In this document: in pieces, positions 17,241 through 26,514 of the stretch
Position numbering within the stretch: the stretch's first letter is position 1
Layout of the letters: each line of letters begins with the position of its first letter
Notes under the pieces: model-generated
Database searches by the model: none
Told to the model about the DNA's origin: nothing
The model's input: only the letters and a program-made list of their open reading frames with translations
Virus record (IMG/VR): IMGVR_UViG_3300029318_000055
Location: 1 to 31,776 of that record
Strand: one strand, 5' to 3'
Length of the DNA: 31,776 nt
DNA from: a virus
Lineage: Duplodnaviria > Caudoviricetes
Made by a program: the position numbers and the translations under genes

Positions 17241-18458
17241 TTAACTTGATATTGTAATATTATGTGAAACTGTAAATAATTCAACTTCACTTGTAGATGA
17301 ATGTTTCATAGTTACATTAGCGGTAGTACCTTTTATACCAGATATACCAACACCCGCTATCATTCCTAGTCCACCAGCACCTGTATTCATTAATTGTGAA
17401 TAGTATTTTCCTTCTTTATCTGTAAATCTTGAAACTATATCACCTGAAATTGTATTTGTTGAAGGTAATACTGTTGTAGCATATGAGCCATAATCTGTAT
17501 TTGATCCTACCATTTCCCAGCCAGGTGAGCCTTCATAGTTTATTGCTGTAAAGTTTTTAACATCGCTAGGATTTCCATTTGCAATAAAAGTTACCGTAGC
17601 ACTAACAGTTTCTTTATAAAATGTATTATAATGATTATTAGAATAGTGTTCCCATACATTATTATGATATAAGCTATAAAATTCTTTATTTAAGCTAAAC
17701 ATAAAATCTGGCTTATAATTATAAAAACTAACCCAGCCTTTTACAGTTTCATCATATGTTAATGTATCATATGTAGATGATATATTGCTTCCTTGTAAAG
17801 AAACTACATATTCATCAGCACTATCGTCATATCCTCCTACAACTTTATCAGCTAATTTTAGATTATCTTTAAAATAATCACGCATCCCTGCTGCTGATAT
17901 TTCTGTAATACCATCTCTTGATAATCTTAATATTGCACCTCTTGATTTATCTGCAAAATATTTACGCGCACCTTTTATTGCAAAACTTTCAGGATTTTGA
18001 CATCCATATTTACCTAAATAAGGTACTACTTGGCCTATAACTTTTGCTCCTGAAGCCGTTAATTGGCCTCCTTCTGCTGTAAATAAAGCATCTTTATCAA
18101 TTAAAGCATAACTTACTTTATCTTCTTGTAATATATTTAAATTAGTATCTTCTGCATGCAATTTTGTTATACTTCCATTTGCAGGATCTACTGATCTTGT
18201 TATATTTTCAGCTGCATTAAACACATTTGTTTTATTTACATCTGTTCTTGAGTTATATACGCCAGAGTATATTAATGCATTATCACGCCTAGTCTCTGAA
18301 TAATTTTCATCAACTAAGTGTGCTTTTGGTCCAATATTAACGAAATCTTCATTATATCCGCCTTTTATTCTTGATTCTTCAATATAAACTCTATTGCTTG
18401 CTTCTGGTCTAAGAATAAATGTGTTAAAAAATTGTACTTCTAAAGCGTAATTAGGCAT
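17241..18458 (-). CDS. Tail muzzle/stabilisation protein, C-terminal part
   Basis: GSITKLHAEDTNL...YGCQNPESFA...YFADKSRGAILRLSRDGITEIS...GWVSFYNYKPD propeller-type motifs of crAss-like muzzle/P22 gp10-like proteins. Confidence 0.75.
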   Translation of the reverse strand: MPNYALEVQFFNTFILRPEASNRVYIEESRIKGGYNEDFVNIGPKAHLVDENYSETRRDNALIYSGVYNSRTDVNKTNVFNAAENITRSVDPANGSITKLHAEDTNLNILQEDKVSYALIDKDALFTAEGGQLTASGAKVIGQVVPYLGKYGCQNPESFAIKGARKYFADKSRGAILRLSRDGITEISAAGMRDYFKDNLKLADKVVGGYDDSADEYVVSLQGSNISSTYDTLTYDETVKGWVSFYNYKPDFMFSLNKEFYSLYHNNVWEHYSNNHYNTFYKETVSATVTFIANGNPSDVKNFTAINYEGSPGWEMVGSNTDYGSYATTVLPSTNTISGDIVSRFTDKEGKYYSQLMNTGAGGLGMIAGVGISGIKGTTANVTMKHSSTSEVELFTVSHNITISS

Positions 18459-18488
18459 AATATTATTATTACATGTTTTATTAATAAG

Positions 18489-21400
18489 TTAGCATGTGCT
18501 AACATCACTGACGACCCCTAATGCATTTGTTCTAAATCTTGATTTTTGTCCTCCTATACCAGCGGGGTCTTGCGTCATAGAATGATATAATGTTTGTGAA
18601 TTAAAAACAGTTGTTCCAGTTGCACTTGTATATACTTTATCACCATTAGCTGGTAATATACCACTTCCATCATGATAAACTTGTGATGATGTAGATTCTT
18701 GACATGCTGCAGATGCAGTACTCCTTCCAAGAAATGATCTATAAAAAGAAGTTCTTGTTGCTGTTACAAGTGTAATGTTTAAAGTTTCTACATCTTGTAA
18801 TCCACCTGAATCTTCTACTGTAATTTGTAATGAATAACTAGTTCCAGTGCTGCCTAATGAAGCAGTTGTGCTTATAACACCTGTAAAAGAATTTATTGAA
18901 AATTTATTAGTTCCTGTCCCACCAGTAATTGAAAAAGATAACCCACTATTATTACTTCCGCTATTAGCACTACCATTAACGGCAACAATTGTTCTTACTT
19001 GTGTACCACTTGGTGTACTTGCGCCAAGATTCATACTGCCAGTACCATCCATTATTGTTGGAGCTACATTTAATAGTTCTATAGATATATTTTCATTAAA
19101 TGTATTACCTGAATTATCAGTAACTTGTATTGTAACTGTAAAATCATCTGATGGTCTATTTGTATGCGTAAATGTTGTTGCTGTTTTTAAATTAGAACCT
19201 GTAATTACAAATTCACTAGTTCTATTATTACCGCCACCATCAAAAACCTGTACTAATGCATAAGTTTCATTACTTAATTGATTCCCCGCTGAATCATTTG
19301 CTGAAAGCGAGCCTATAGTTGTACCGGAACCTTGAAATTCTGTAAATGTAGCTGATGTTATATTTATTTGGCTAGGTAATGCGCCTGTAGCTCCCAATAT
19401 AGATTCATTTAAATCAGATATTAAACCTGCAGTTGATGATTCAAAATATATATCTAAAGCAGATGTAACTGGTTTTGTTTCTAATGTAACAAGTTGTCCA
19501 AAAGCCGCCGCTCCTCCAGAATAGTTAAATCCTAACCCATCTGGTAATTCTGCGACTAAAGGGTCTGTTATAGATTTATAAAGATCAGGTATTAATTGAT
19601 CACCTGTTGCGCTTGTAAAATTACTTACTGTAGCATTATGTTCACTTGCTTTTCCAATTGAAATTACATCTATATAATCATTATTAGGATTATGAGTATA
19701 TGCGCTTCCTGTAAATTGCATTTTAGGTAATAGCTCAACGTTAGAGCCAGCTAAACCGGTTTCAATATTTACATCAGTAACATCTCTAGGAACTTTATTT
19801 ATATTATCACCATATAATACTAGCCATGATTTAGGGTTAGAAGATGGTATGTTATCAATTAAATTTGGAGCATAAACATTATAATATTCTTGTTCTGGTT
19901 GTTTAACAACAACTTTATATGAATACCACCCTAAAGGATTTGTTTCGTGATTATAAACGTCTTGTATTGTACTTGAAAATTGTAATTTTAATACTGCATG
20001 CGTCCAAATATCGTCTAAACTCCAAGTTCCTCCTGGGCTAACTCCTGGTGTACCTGAAGAATTAGTATCTTGTGGTCTTACAAATGTTGTTGATACGCTT
20101 GGTAAAAATACTGTAGATTGTCTTCCGTATCTATCTGATAAAACTAATCCTACAGAATATTCTCTAACAGATTTTACAGAAGATAATAAATATGAATTAT
20201 TTATATTTGATTGATTACCACTATCTACACTAAATGAATTTGGTGTAATTGCTTGTGATAATGGTCTATTTTGTTTAAAATTACCATATATTATTCTGTT
20301 ACCTGACATTTCTTGTGCATTTGCTTTTATTGGCACAGAATCCATTACTCTTGTAATTTCTTTTGAAGGTAATGTTTTAATAGGTTTTGCAGAATCATAT
20401 ATATATGAATAACCATATATTAATCTACCCTTTGTAGATGTTATAGGTTCAACTCTATGTGAATATGATGTTGTATTATTTAAACTAATTGTTTCTACAA
20501 CTTTTACAGCTAAACTGTTGGATTCAACATATACTATTTCTATTTTCTTAATATTTAAAGGATTTGTATATGCAGCAGGGGCATCAAAAAAGTATAATCT
20601 TTCGCCAGCTACAATAGATGGTTTAATTCTTTTAGTTGTTACTAGTGTTGAATTTGGGTTAGCCGAAGTAAAAGAATTAACTATATATTCATCACCTCTT
20701 TGTGTTAATAATTTATCTCCATTTGCAATAGGATTATTAGTCGCATCATCTTGATGTACACCATGTATTGTATTTGAAAGTCCTTTTAAATGAGAGTTAG
20801 GTGTTACTACTGATGGACCGGCATCCGCGGCAGCTATGCTATTAATAGTAGTTTCTGTAGGTAAATCAATAAATAAATGCACTCTATTTACAGCATTTTG
20901 CATTGATTCAACTGTTGTGTTTTTAAAAGCGTCTGTAGCATCTGTTACTGACAACATGCCTGCTTGGCCATCTAAATAAGAACCCTTATTCATTACCTTG
21001 CCTTTTCCAGGCATAAAACACGTTTGAGTAAATGGTGAAATTATTGAATATTCATTATTTTCATATTGAAATCTATAGCCAAATTTTACAAATTTATCTT
21101 GTATATGTCTGCTATTTTCAACTAATTCAGAACCTCTTAATGTTAAAATAACACTACCGCTGTTTAATCCAATAGGAATCCAATCAAGTGAAGTCGGTAA
21201 AGTTATAGTATCACCAGCAACAAATCCTGTTCCTTCTGATGTAACTTTAACTCCAGTAACAGTTTGTCCGCTAACAGTAATATCAAGCGATAAATCTTCA
21301 CCTGCACCGCTAGTTACAACACTATCTTCTCCTACAGTAACAGAATGAGTACCATTTGTAAGGCCTGTTCTATTTGTTGTTACTACTGATAGTGCAGTAT

Positions 21401-22295
21401 TACCTAATATAACGGACCCTGTAATATTTTCCATTTTTACTTTAGGTGCTGAATATGGCATATATTGAGCTACACTAATTTTATCTTCAAAAAATTCATT
21501 ATTTATATATGTAGCCCCTGCTATAGCTAAATCAATATTTATTCTTCTTGGTTGATTATAATTATCTGTCCAAAATAATAAATTATTAATTAAATTAACA
21601 TGATGTATATGATGATTTTTAGAAAAATTAAGCTTAGGATTATCAATTAATATTGTAGGTTGTACATTAGTCTTAGTGTTCATGTAATATATTCTACATG
21701 TATGTGTAAATGTAAGGGCTACTCCATCAAGAACTGTTTGTCCACTTTGTATTTTATTTAAATGAACCGTAGCAGTATTACCTGAAATACTTACTGCTTG
21801 TACAAAAGTATCTGATACTACACCAGTACCTGTTACCTTCATTCCTGGTAAAATGGCACCATATTTTGTTGCATTAGATATTGTAATAGTTGTATTAGGG
21901 GCGCTATCATCATCGTGATTTACATCGCTGCCAGCAACACTTACCGGTGTTGCATATGTTGTATTTAATATATCATCACTTGTTGAACCTGCAAAAGAAG
22001 TAACAAACCAAAATATATATCCTTCTAATGAATCCGCATAATAACCTATAGTATCTAGTAAAGGATCACCACCACCAGTTGAATTATTTGGATGATATGT
22101 TCTTGGTAATGATAATGTAGGCGAACCAGACGCATAATTATTACCTTTAATATTTTGCACAGTACCTACATCTGAATTTTCTGATTTAGAAATTCTAATG
22201 TTAAAACCATCTCTATACTGACCGTTAGGCAATAATCTATCATCAAGGTCTTTGTTCATTTTACCTTGAATAAAGTTATTCTTAATTTCTGGCAT
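18489..22295 (-). CDS. Tail muzzle/stabilisation protein, N-terminal part, with cadherin-like C-terminal domains
   Basis: GKMNKDLDDRLLPNGQYRD N-terminus, LLFWTDNYNQPRRIN, GNRIIYGNF, GLVLSDRYGRQS; cadherin-like repeats near the end. Confidence 0.78.
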   Translation of the reverse strand: MPEIKNNFIQGKMNKDLDDRLLPNGQYRDGFNIRISKSENSDVGTVQNIKGNNYASGSPTLSLPRTYHPNNSTGGGDPLLDTIGYYADSLEGYIFWFVTSFAGSTSDDILNTTYATPVSVAGSDVNHDDDSAPNTTITISNATKYGAILPGMKVTGTGVVSDTFVQAVSISGNTATVHLNKIQSGQTVLDGVALTFTHTCRIYYMNTKTNVQPTILIDNPKLNFSKNHHIHHVNLINNLLFWTDNYNQPRRINIDLAIAGATYINNEFFEDKISVAQYMPYSAPKVKMENITGSVILGNTALSVVTTNRTGLTNGTHSVTVGEDSVVTSGAGEDLSLDITVSGQTVTGVKVTSEGTGFVAGDTITLPTSLDWIPIGLNSGSVILTLRGSELVENSRHIQDKFVKFGYRFQYENNEYSIISPFTQTCFMPGKGKVMNKGSYLDGQAGMLSVTDATDAFKNTTVESMQNAVNRVHLFIDLPTETTINSIAAADAGPSVVTPNSHLKGLSNTIHGVHQDDATNNPIANGDKLLTQRGDEYIVNSFTSANPNSTLVTTKRIKPSIVAGERLYFFDAPAAYTNPLNIKKIEIVYVESNSLAVKVVETISLNNTTSYSHRVEPITSTKGRLIYGYSYIYDSAKPIKTLPSKEITRVMDSVPIKANAQEMSGNRIIYGNFKQNRPLSQAITPNSFSVDSGNQSNINNSYLLSSVKSVREYSVGLVLSDRYGRQSTVFLPSVSTTFVRPQDTNSSGTPGVSPGGTWSLDDIWTHAVLKLQFSSTIQDVYNHETNPLGWYSYKVVVKQPEQEYYNVYAPNLIDNIPSSNPKSWLVLYGDNINKVPRDVTDVNIETGLAGSNVELLPKMQFTGSAYTHNPNNDYIDVISIGKASEHNATVSNFTSATGDQLIPDLYKSITDPLVAELPDGLGFNYSGGAAAFGQLVTLETKPVTSALDIYFESSTAGLISDLNESILGATGALPSQINITSATFTEFQGSGTTIGSLSANDSAGNQLSNETYALVQVFDGGGNNRTSEFVITGSNLKTATTFTHTNRPSDDFTVTIQVTDNSGNTFNENISIELLNVAPTIMDGTGSMNLGASTPSGTQVRTIVAVNGSANSGSNNSGLSFSITGGTGTNKFSINSFTGVISTTASLGSTGTSYSLQITVEDSGGLQDVETLNITLVTATRTSFYRSFLGRSTASAACQESTSSQVYHDGSGILPANGDKVYTSATGTTVFNSQTLYHSMTQDPAGIGGQKSRFRTNALGVVSDVSTC

Positions 22296-22297
22296 AT

Positions 22298-23401
22298 TTA
22301 TTTTATTCTTTTAGATTTACCTCTCATTACTTGTGTAAGCTCACCTAATTTTATATTTGATAATCTAAGCTTTGCATTTCTCATTGCCGCTCTTCTTTCT
22401 TTTCTAAATCTGTTTATAATATATTCTGGGAAAGCTTGTCTTCCACTAGCTATTGCATAAGTTATATATTTGTATATTGCATCTTCAGCTAGTTTATGTA
22501 CCTGCATTTCAGCATCTGTGCCCATACCATCTGATATATATTTTATAGTAATTATTTTATTTACTAAATTACTGCTAAATGTAAATTTACCTTTAAGTTC
22601 ATCTATCGCAAATACACCATTTTTTTGCGCAAACTGGGGGTCTAAACCATATCGTTTACCAAATTCAGCAATTCTTTCGCCAGCTCTTGAAGAATCATAC
22701 TCAATATCTTCATTTGAATAAGCACCAGTTAAATCATTTACGTCAAGCTTTGAAAATCTATCTTGTGTAACAGATTTATGTGCAGTTAGTAAACTATCGT
22801 CATCATCATATAAATATTCACCAGTTGCAGTTTGTAATATAGATTGTGATGGAACTGATGTATATCTTGCTGGGTGTATTATATGTTCAATACCACCATC
22901 ATCAACAATAGATAATTGCACGTAGTTAACATAGTCTTGCGGCATAGGTACTGATAAGCTGCTGTTTATTTCTACTTCTTGTATTTTTTCAACTCTAGTT
23001 ACATCATAACTAAATTCTTGTATACCTCTTTTAGCATGAAATAATACATCTGTTCTTTTTGCTGTTGGTATTAATTTACCATCTCCAACATAGCCCATCA
23101 TATAATTATTAACTATATTTTGCAAAGATATATATCTGTAATTACCTGTTCTTTGTGTGACTAATTCAACAATTAAAACTTCACCAGCTGTTCTTCCAGA
23201 TGAAAAAGTAATTTGTCCATTTCCTGCATTATATGTGTATAAGTTGTCGTCAATTTCTAAATTGTCTATATATATTATAAAATTAGCCTCAGCTGTAGGC
23301 AAGGGATCTAATGTTAATGTAAACACCGTCTGCCCTGCTGTAGCCGTAAATTTTTGACTATTATTATAATATTGATAATGTGTTTGCGTTATAAATCCCA
23401 T
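22298..23401 (-). CDS. Head-tail ring/adaptor protein 2
   Basis: VLFHAKRGIQEFSYD, MPQDYVNYV, YISDG...VHKLAEDAIY motifs; position before the muzzle. Confidence 0.65.
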   Translation of the reverse strand: MGFITQTHYQYYNNSQKFTATAGQTVFTLTLDPLPTAEANFIIYIDNLEIDDNLYTYNAGNGQITFSSGRTAGEVLIVELVTQRTGNYRYISLQNIVNNYMMGYVGDGKLIPTAKRTDVLFHAKRGIQEFSYDVTRVEKIQEVEINSSLSVPMPQDYVNYVQLSIVDDGGIEHIIHPARYTSVPSQSILQTATGEYLYDDDDSLLTAHKSVTQDRFSKLDVNDLTGAYSNEDIEYDSSRAGERIAEFGKRYGLDPQFAQKNGVFAIDELKGKFTFSSNLVNKIITIKYISDGMGTDAEMQVHKLAEDAIYKYITYAIASGRQAFPEYIINRFRKERRAAMRNAKLRLSNIKLGELTQVMRGKSKRIK

Positions 23402-23406
23402 TTATT

Positions 23407-24147
23407 TTAATTTTCTAATTGTATTTTTTTTGCTTCTTCTTGTGATGCCCCTTGTATAACCATTGGGTCCTCTATTACTAAACCAGCATATTTTAATATA
23501 CCAAGTACTAATTGTACTCTATCAGATTCGTGTAATGTAAAGTCTACATATCCAGTTGAGGGTGTTACACTTGCTCCAGTGCCTGTTGCATATGTTAATA
23601 CACCTATACCAGATGATGTGTATGCCCATACAACATCTGCTGGAGTTTTAATATATTCAAGTTTTAAATTACCTAATGTCCAACTTCCGTCAGTTAAGGC
23701 GGGTTCAACAATAATATCTGTTGCTCTCTGATAATATACAGGAAATGATGTTGTTGGTTTTGTTAAAGGGGAAGATAATAGGTAAGATAATGTTTTTTTA
23801 TCAACTTTTTCTAACTCTAATGTTTTATTAGATATACTAATTGATATTGTTCTATATAGGTCAGTTGGTAAAGTACCAACGCCACTACTTAATGTAATAT
23901 CAGCAAATGCATAAAAAGGGTCAATTTTTTGTTCTATTCTTTCAGGTATATTTCCATATCCATTAACACCCGCACCTCTTGTATGTTTTACAACTGCACG
24001 ATTGTAATCATGAAAATTTTGATCTAGTATATCAAGCTGAACTTGTGACCCAATTTTATTAAATTCTTCAGGCGTAATATAACCTCTTCCTTCTTTATTT
24101 AATATTGATAATACTGTTTTATATACGTTATCAACTGATATTGCCAT
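23407..24147 (-). CDS. Head-tail ring/adaptor protein 1
   Basis: ILNKEGRGYITPEEFN, LPTDLY, YIKTP, DFTLH motifs typical of crAss-like ring proteins. Confidence 0.65.
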   Translation of the reverse strand: MAISVDNVYKTVLSILNKEGRGYITPEEFNKIGSQVQLDILDQNFHDYNRAVVKHTRGAGVNGYGNIPERIEQKIDPFYAFADITLSSGVGTLPTDLYRTISISISNKTLELEKVDKKTLSYLLSSPLTKPTTSFPVYYQRATDIIVEPALTDGSWTLGNLKLEYIKTPADVVWAYTSSGIGVLTYATGTGASVTPSTGYVDFTLHESDRVQLVLGILKYAGLVIEDPMVIQGASQEEAKKIQLEN

Positions 24148-24160
24148 AATATTTTTTTTA

Positions 24161-24199
24161 TATAATGATTAAGCCGCATATAGCGGCCTAACCACTATA
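24161..24199 (-). other. Long intergenic RNA hairpin (17 bp, with G-U pairs) between head and neck genes
   Basis: TATAGTGGTTAGGCCGC-TATAT-GCGGCTTAATCATTATA; not followed by a U tract. Confidence 0.75.
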
Positions 24200-24205
24200 A
24201 ACAAC

Positions 24206-25003
24206 TTATTTAAGTTTTTTCTCTACTACTTGGAAAACTTCAATACCTTCGTCTGTTCTAAACCATGCAGCCAATGCTGAGTATGGGTTTTCATCAAACG
24301 GTACTGTTAATAGTTTTCTATCATTTTTAGCCCATTTAAAAGTTCTATTATCACTAGATAATACTATTATGCCTCTTTCTACGGCTTTAATACCTATATT
24401 TCTAATATTAATATTTTCATCATTTGCTAATTCTAAGAATAATTCTGGATTAGTCCTAGCCATTATAAATAAATCTCTTTTAATTTCTTTAGAGCTCATT
24501 TTAGATACCTTAGAACCAGCATCTGTTCTAACTATTGCTTCAGCATGATCAATATCCATTGCCATAGCTGCTTGAATAGCGTCAAATTCTAGTTCCATAT
24601 AATTTAAATCATTCTCAGCCGCTGCTTCTTCATTTGTTTCAGCATATGTATGATTTAAATGTGGGTGATATAATGATAATATTTGTTGTAATACAACTTT
24701 TTCTTTAGGCACAAACAACACGCCATCTCTAAATATAATATGTTCGAGTCTTGCTTCACCTTTAAATTCATCTACAAAAGGTGTTTTTTGGTTTGCTGTA
24801 TGCTTTATTTCTCTTTCATAACCTAATTCTTTATCAAACCACATAATGTTTCTTGATTTAAGAATATATACTATTGGTGAATTATCTCCTAATAAATAAT
24901 ATTGTCTATCTTTATATTCCCATTTAGGTTTTATTTCTTTTTTTGGTGGAGCAACCACTACTGGTTCTTCAACAGCCACCTCTGCTATTTTCTTTTTTGT
25001 CAT
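24206..25003 (-). CDS. Conserved protein downstream of the major capsid gene, function unknown
   Basis: 265-aa ORF with normal codon usage, flanked by two hairpins. Confidence 0.8.
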   Translation of the reverse strand: MTKKKIAEVAVEEPVVVAPPKKEIKPKWEYKDRQYYLLGDNSPIVYILKSRNIMWFDKELGYEREIKHTANQKTPFVDEFKGEARLEHIIFRDGVLFVPKEKVVLQQILSLYHPHLNHTYAETNEEAAAENDLNYMELEFDAIQAAMAMDIDHAEAIVRTDAGSKVSKMSSKEIKRDLFIMARTNPELFLELANDENINIRNIGIKAVERGIIVLSSDNRTFKWAKNDRKLLTVPFDENPYSALAAWFRTDEGIEVFQVVEKKLK

Positions 25004-25023
25004 GATATAATATAATAAAAATT

Positions 25024-25062
25024 AAACAAAAGGCACTGGGTGCCGAAGCACCCGTTACCTTT
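25024..25062 (-). terminator. Terminator/attenuator after the major capsid gene, C(UUCG)G tetraloop
   Basis: AAAGGTAAC-GGGTGC-TTCG-GCACCC-AGTGCCTTTTGTTT. Confidence 0.8.
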
Positions 25063-25070
25063 AATAAATG

Positions 25071-26492
25071 TTACTTAAATAACACAAAGTTATTAGCAGC
25101 TTGAGTTACTAAACATCTTTCTGATAAATAATGTACTTCCATTTTATCATCACCTGTTGTAGCAGCTCCACCTACTGAACCTGTAATCCAAGATTTCATT
25201 CTTCTGTCATCCGCCTCAGAAGCTCTATATCTTACGTGTAAGAAAGGTCTTCTAATGTTTTTACCCATAATTTGGTCATAAACAGACGATGTTCCAGCTG
25301 GCACCATAATACCTTTGATGTCCGAGAATAATCCTCTTGTAGATTTGTTATTTAAATATTTCCAGTCAGTCTTATAGAAATCGTATGATCCTCTTCTAAA
25401 TCCTCTAAATCCAAGGTTAAGGGCCATATCTTCTGAGTTTTCAAAAACACCAAAAGCAGTACCACCTGCAGATCCAGCAGAAATATTAGCTAGAGCGTCA
25501 TCCATTTTTAAGTTAGCGTCTCTATTTAAGAATAACATATTTTCTTCAATAGATCCTTGCTTATCTAATTCCTTTAAGATTAAGTCAAAGTCAGAAATAA
25601 CGTCATTTACAGCATCAAATGCATTTGTAGCAACAATACCTCTAGACTCAACAGCTTTAAATAAACCTTCAGTTCCTGAGTTAGCTCCTAAGATTGAATC
25701 AGTACCACCAGCTGATACAGATTTCTCTGCTTCAACCATAGCCATTTCTAAATAATCTTCGAATCTTACTCTTGTGTCACCTTCAGCTTTTAGATACCAT
25801 AAGTAACCTGCTTGTCCAGCTTCACCACTTACTTCTACCCAACCAATTTGAGCAGTATCAGAACCAAAGATTTCAAATTTATCTTTTAAAATAATTGGTT
25901 TGTTAGTAAATGATTGGAATTCTGGAGTAACAGCACCTACCATAGCAGCGTCTCCTTTTACAAATTCAGACCCATAAACGAAGAATGAACATGTATTAGA
26001 ACCATTGTCAGCTGCAGTATCAAAACCAGAAACAGCACCTACTGTTGCACCTCCTGAATAAGGAATTACAGTTAAAGTAGTGTTGTCTGCAGCTACTGCT
26101 GAAACATAACATTTAATAATTGTTGGTGCAGCTTGATTATCAGATAAAACAATAGTTTGTCCAACTCTTACTGCGTGAGTTCCGCTACTTGCAATTGTAA
26201 TAACTCCTGCATTAGTAACTGAAGCTCCTTCATAAGCTAAGTGTAATCTACCCTGCTCTGACCAAACTACTTGATCTGAAGCCATAGGCATTTCAGCACC
26301 TACCATTCTTAGGAAAGAAGAAACACTTCTATTCCCGTATCTTTCCACTTCCTGAGCATATAACTCTGGTAAATACTGCTGAGACCAGTTAGCCCCACCA
26401 CTACCGTGGAAATTTAAATAATTACTCGTTGTAGCAACTTTACTCGCATAAGGGGTAAATTCACTAGGCAACGAAAAACTTGCATCTGCCAT
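25071..26492 (-). CDS. Major capsid protein
   Basis: QQYLPELY...ERYGNR...SDQVVWSEQGRLH, FRRGSYDFYKTDWKYLN; position after the scaffold and before a UUCG hairpin. Confidence 0.85.
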   Translation of the reverse strand: MADASFSLPSEFTPYASKVATTSNYLNFHGSGGANWSQQYLPELYAQEVERYGNRSVSSFLRMVGAEMPMASDQVVWSEQGRLHLAYEGASVTNAGVITIASSGTHAVRVGQTIVLSDNQAAPTIIKCYVSAVAADNTTLTVIPYSGGATVGAVSGFDTAADNGSNTCSFFVYGSEFVKGDAAMVGAVTPEFQSFTNKPIILKDKFEIFGSDTAQIGWVEVSGEAGQAGYLWYLKAEGDTRVRFEDYLEMAMVEAEKSVSAGGTDSILGANSGTEGLFKAVESRGIVATNAFDAVNDVISDFDLILKELDKQGSIEENMLFLNRDANLKMDDALANISAGSAGGTAFGVFENSEDMALNLGFRGFRRGSYDFYKTDWKYLNNKSTRGLFSDIKGIMVPAGTSSVYDQIMGKNIRRPFLHVRYRASEADDRRMKSWITGSVGGAATTGDDKMEVHYLSERCLVTQAANNFVLFK

Positions 26493-26514
26493 TTTAAATA
26501 ATTTTTAAGTTTAA

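Noticed and set aside
18489-18800. Diversity-generating retroelement target at the muzzle C-terminus
   Set aside because: No reverse transcriptase and no near-duplicate template repeat visible in the window.
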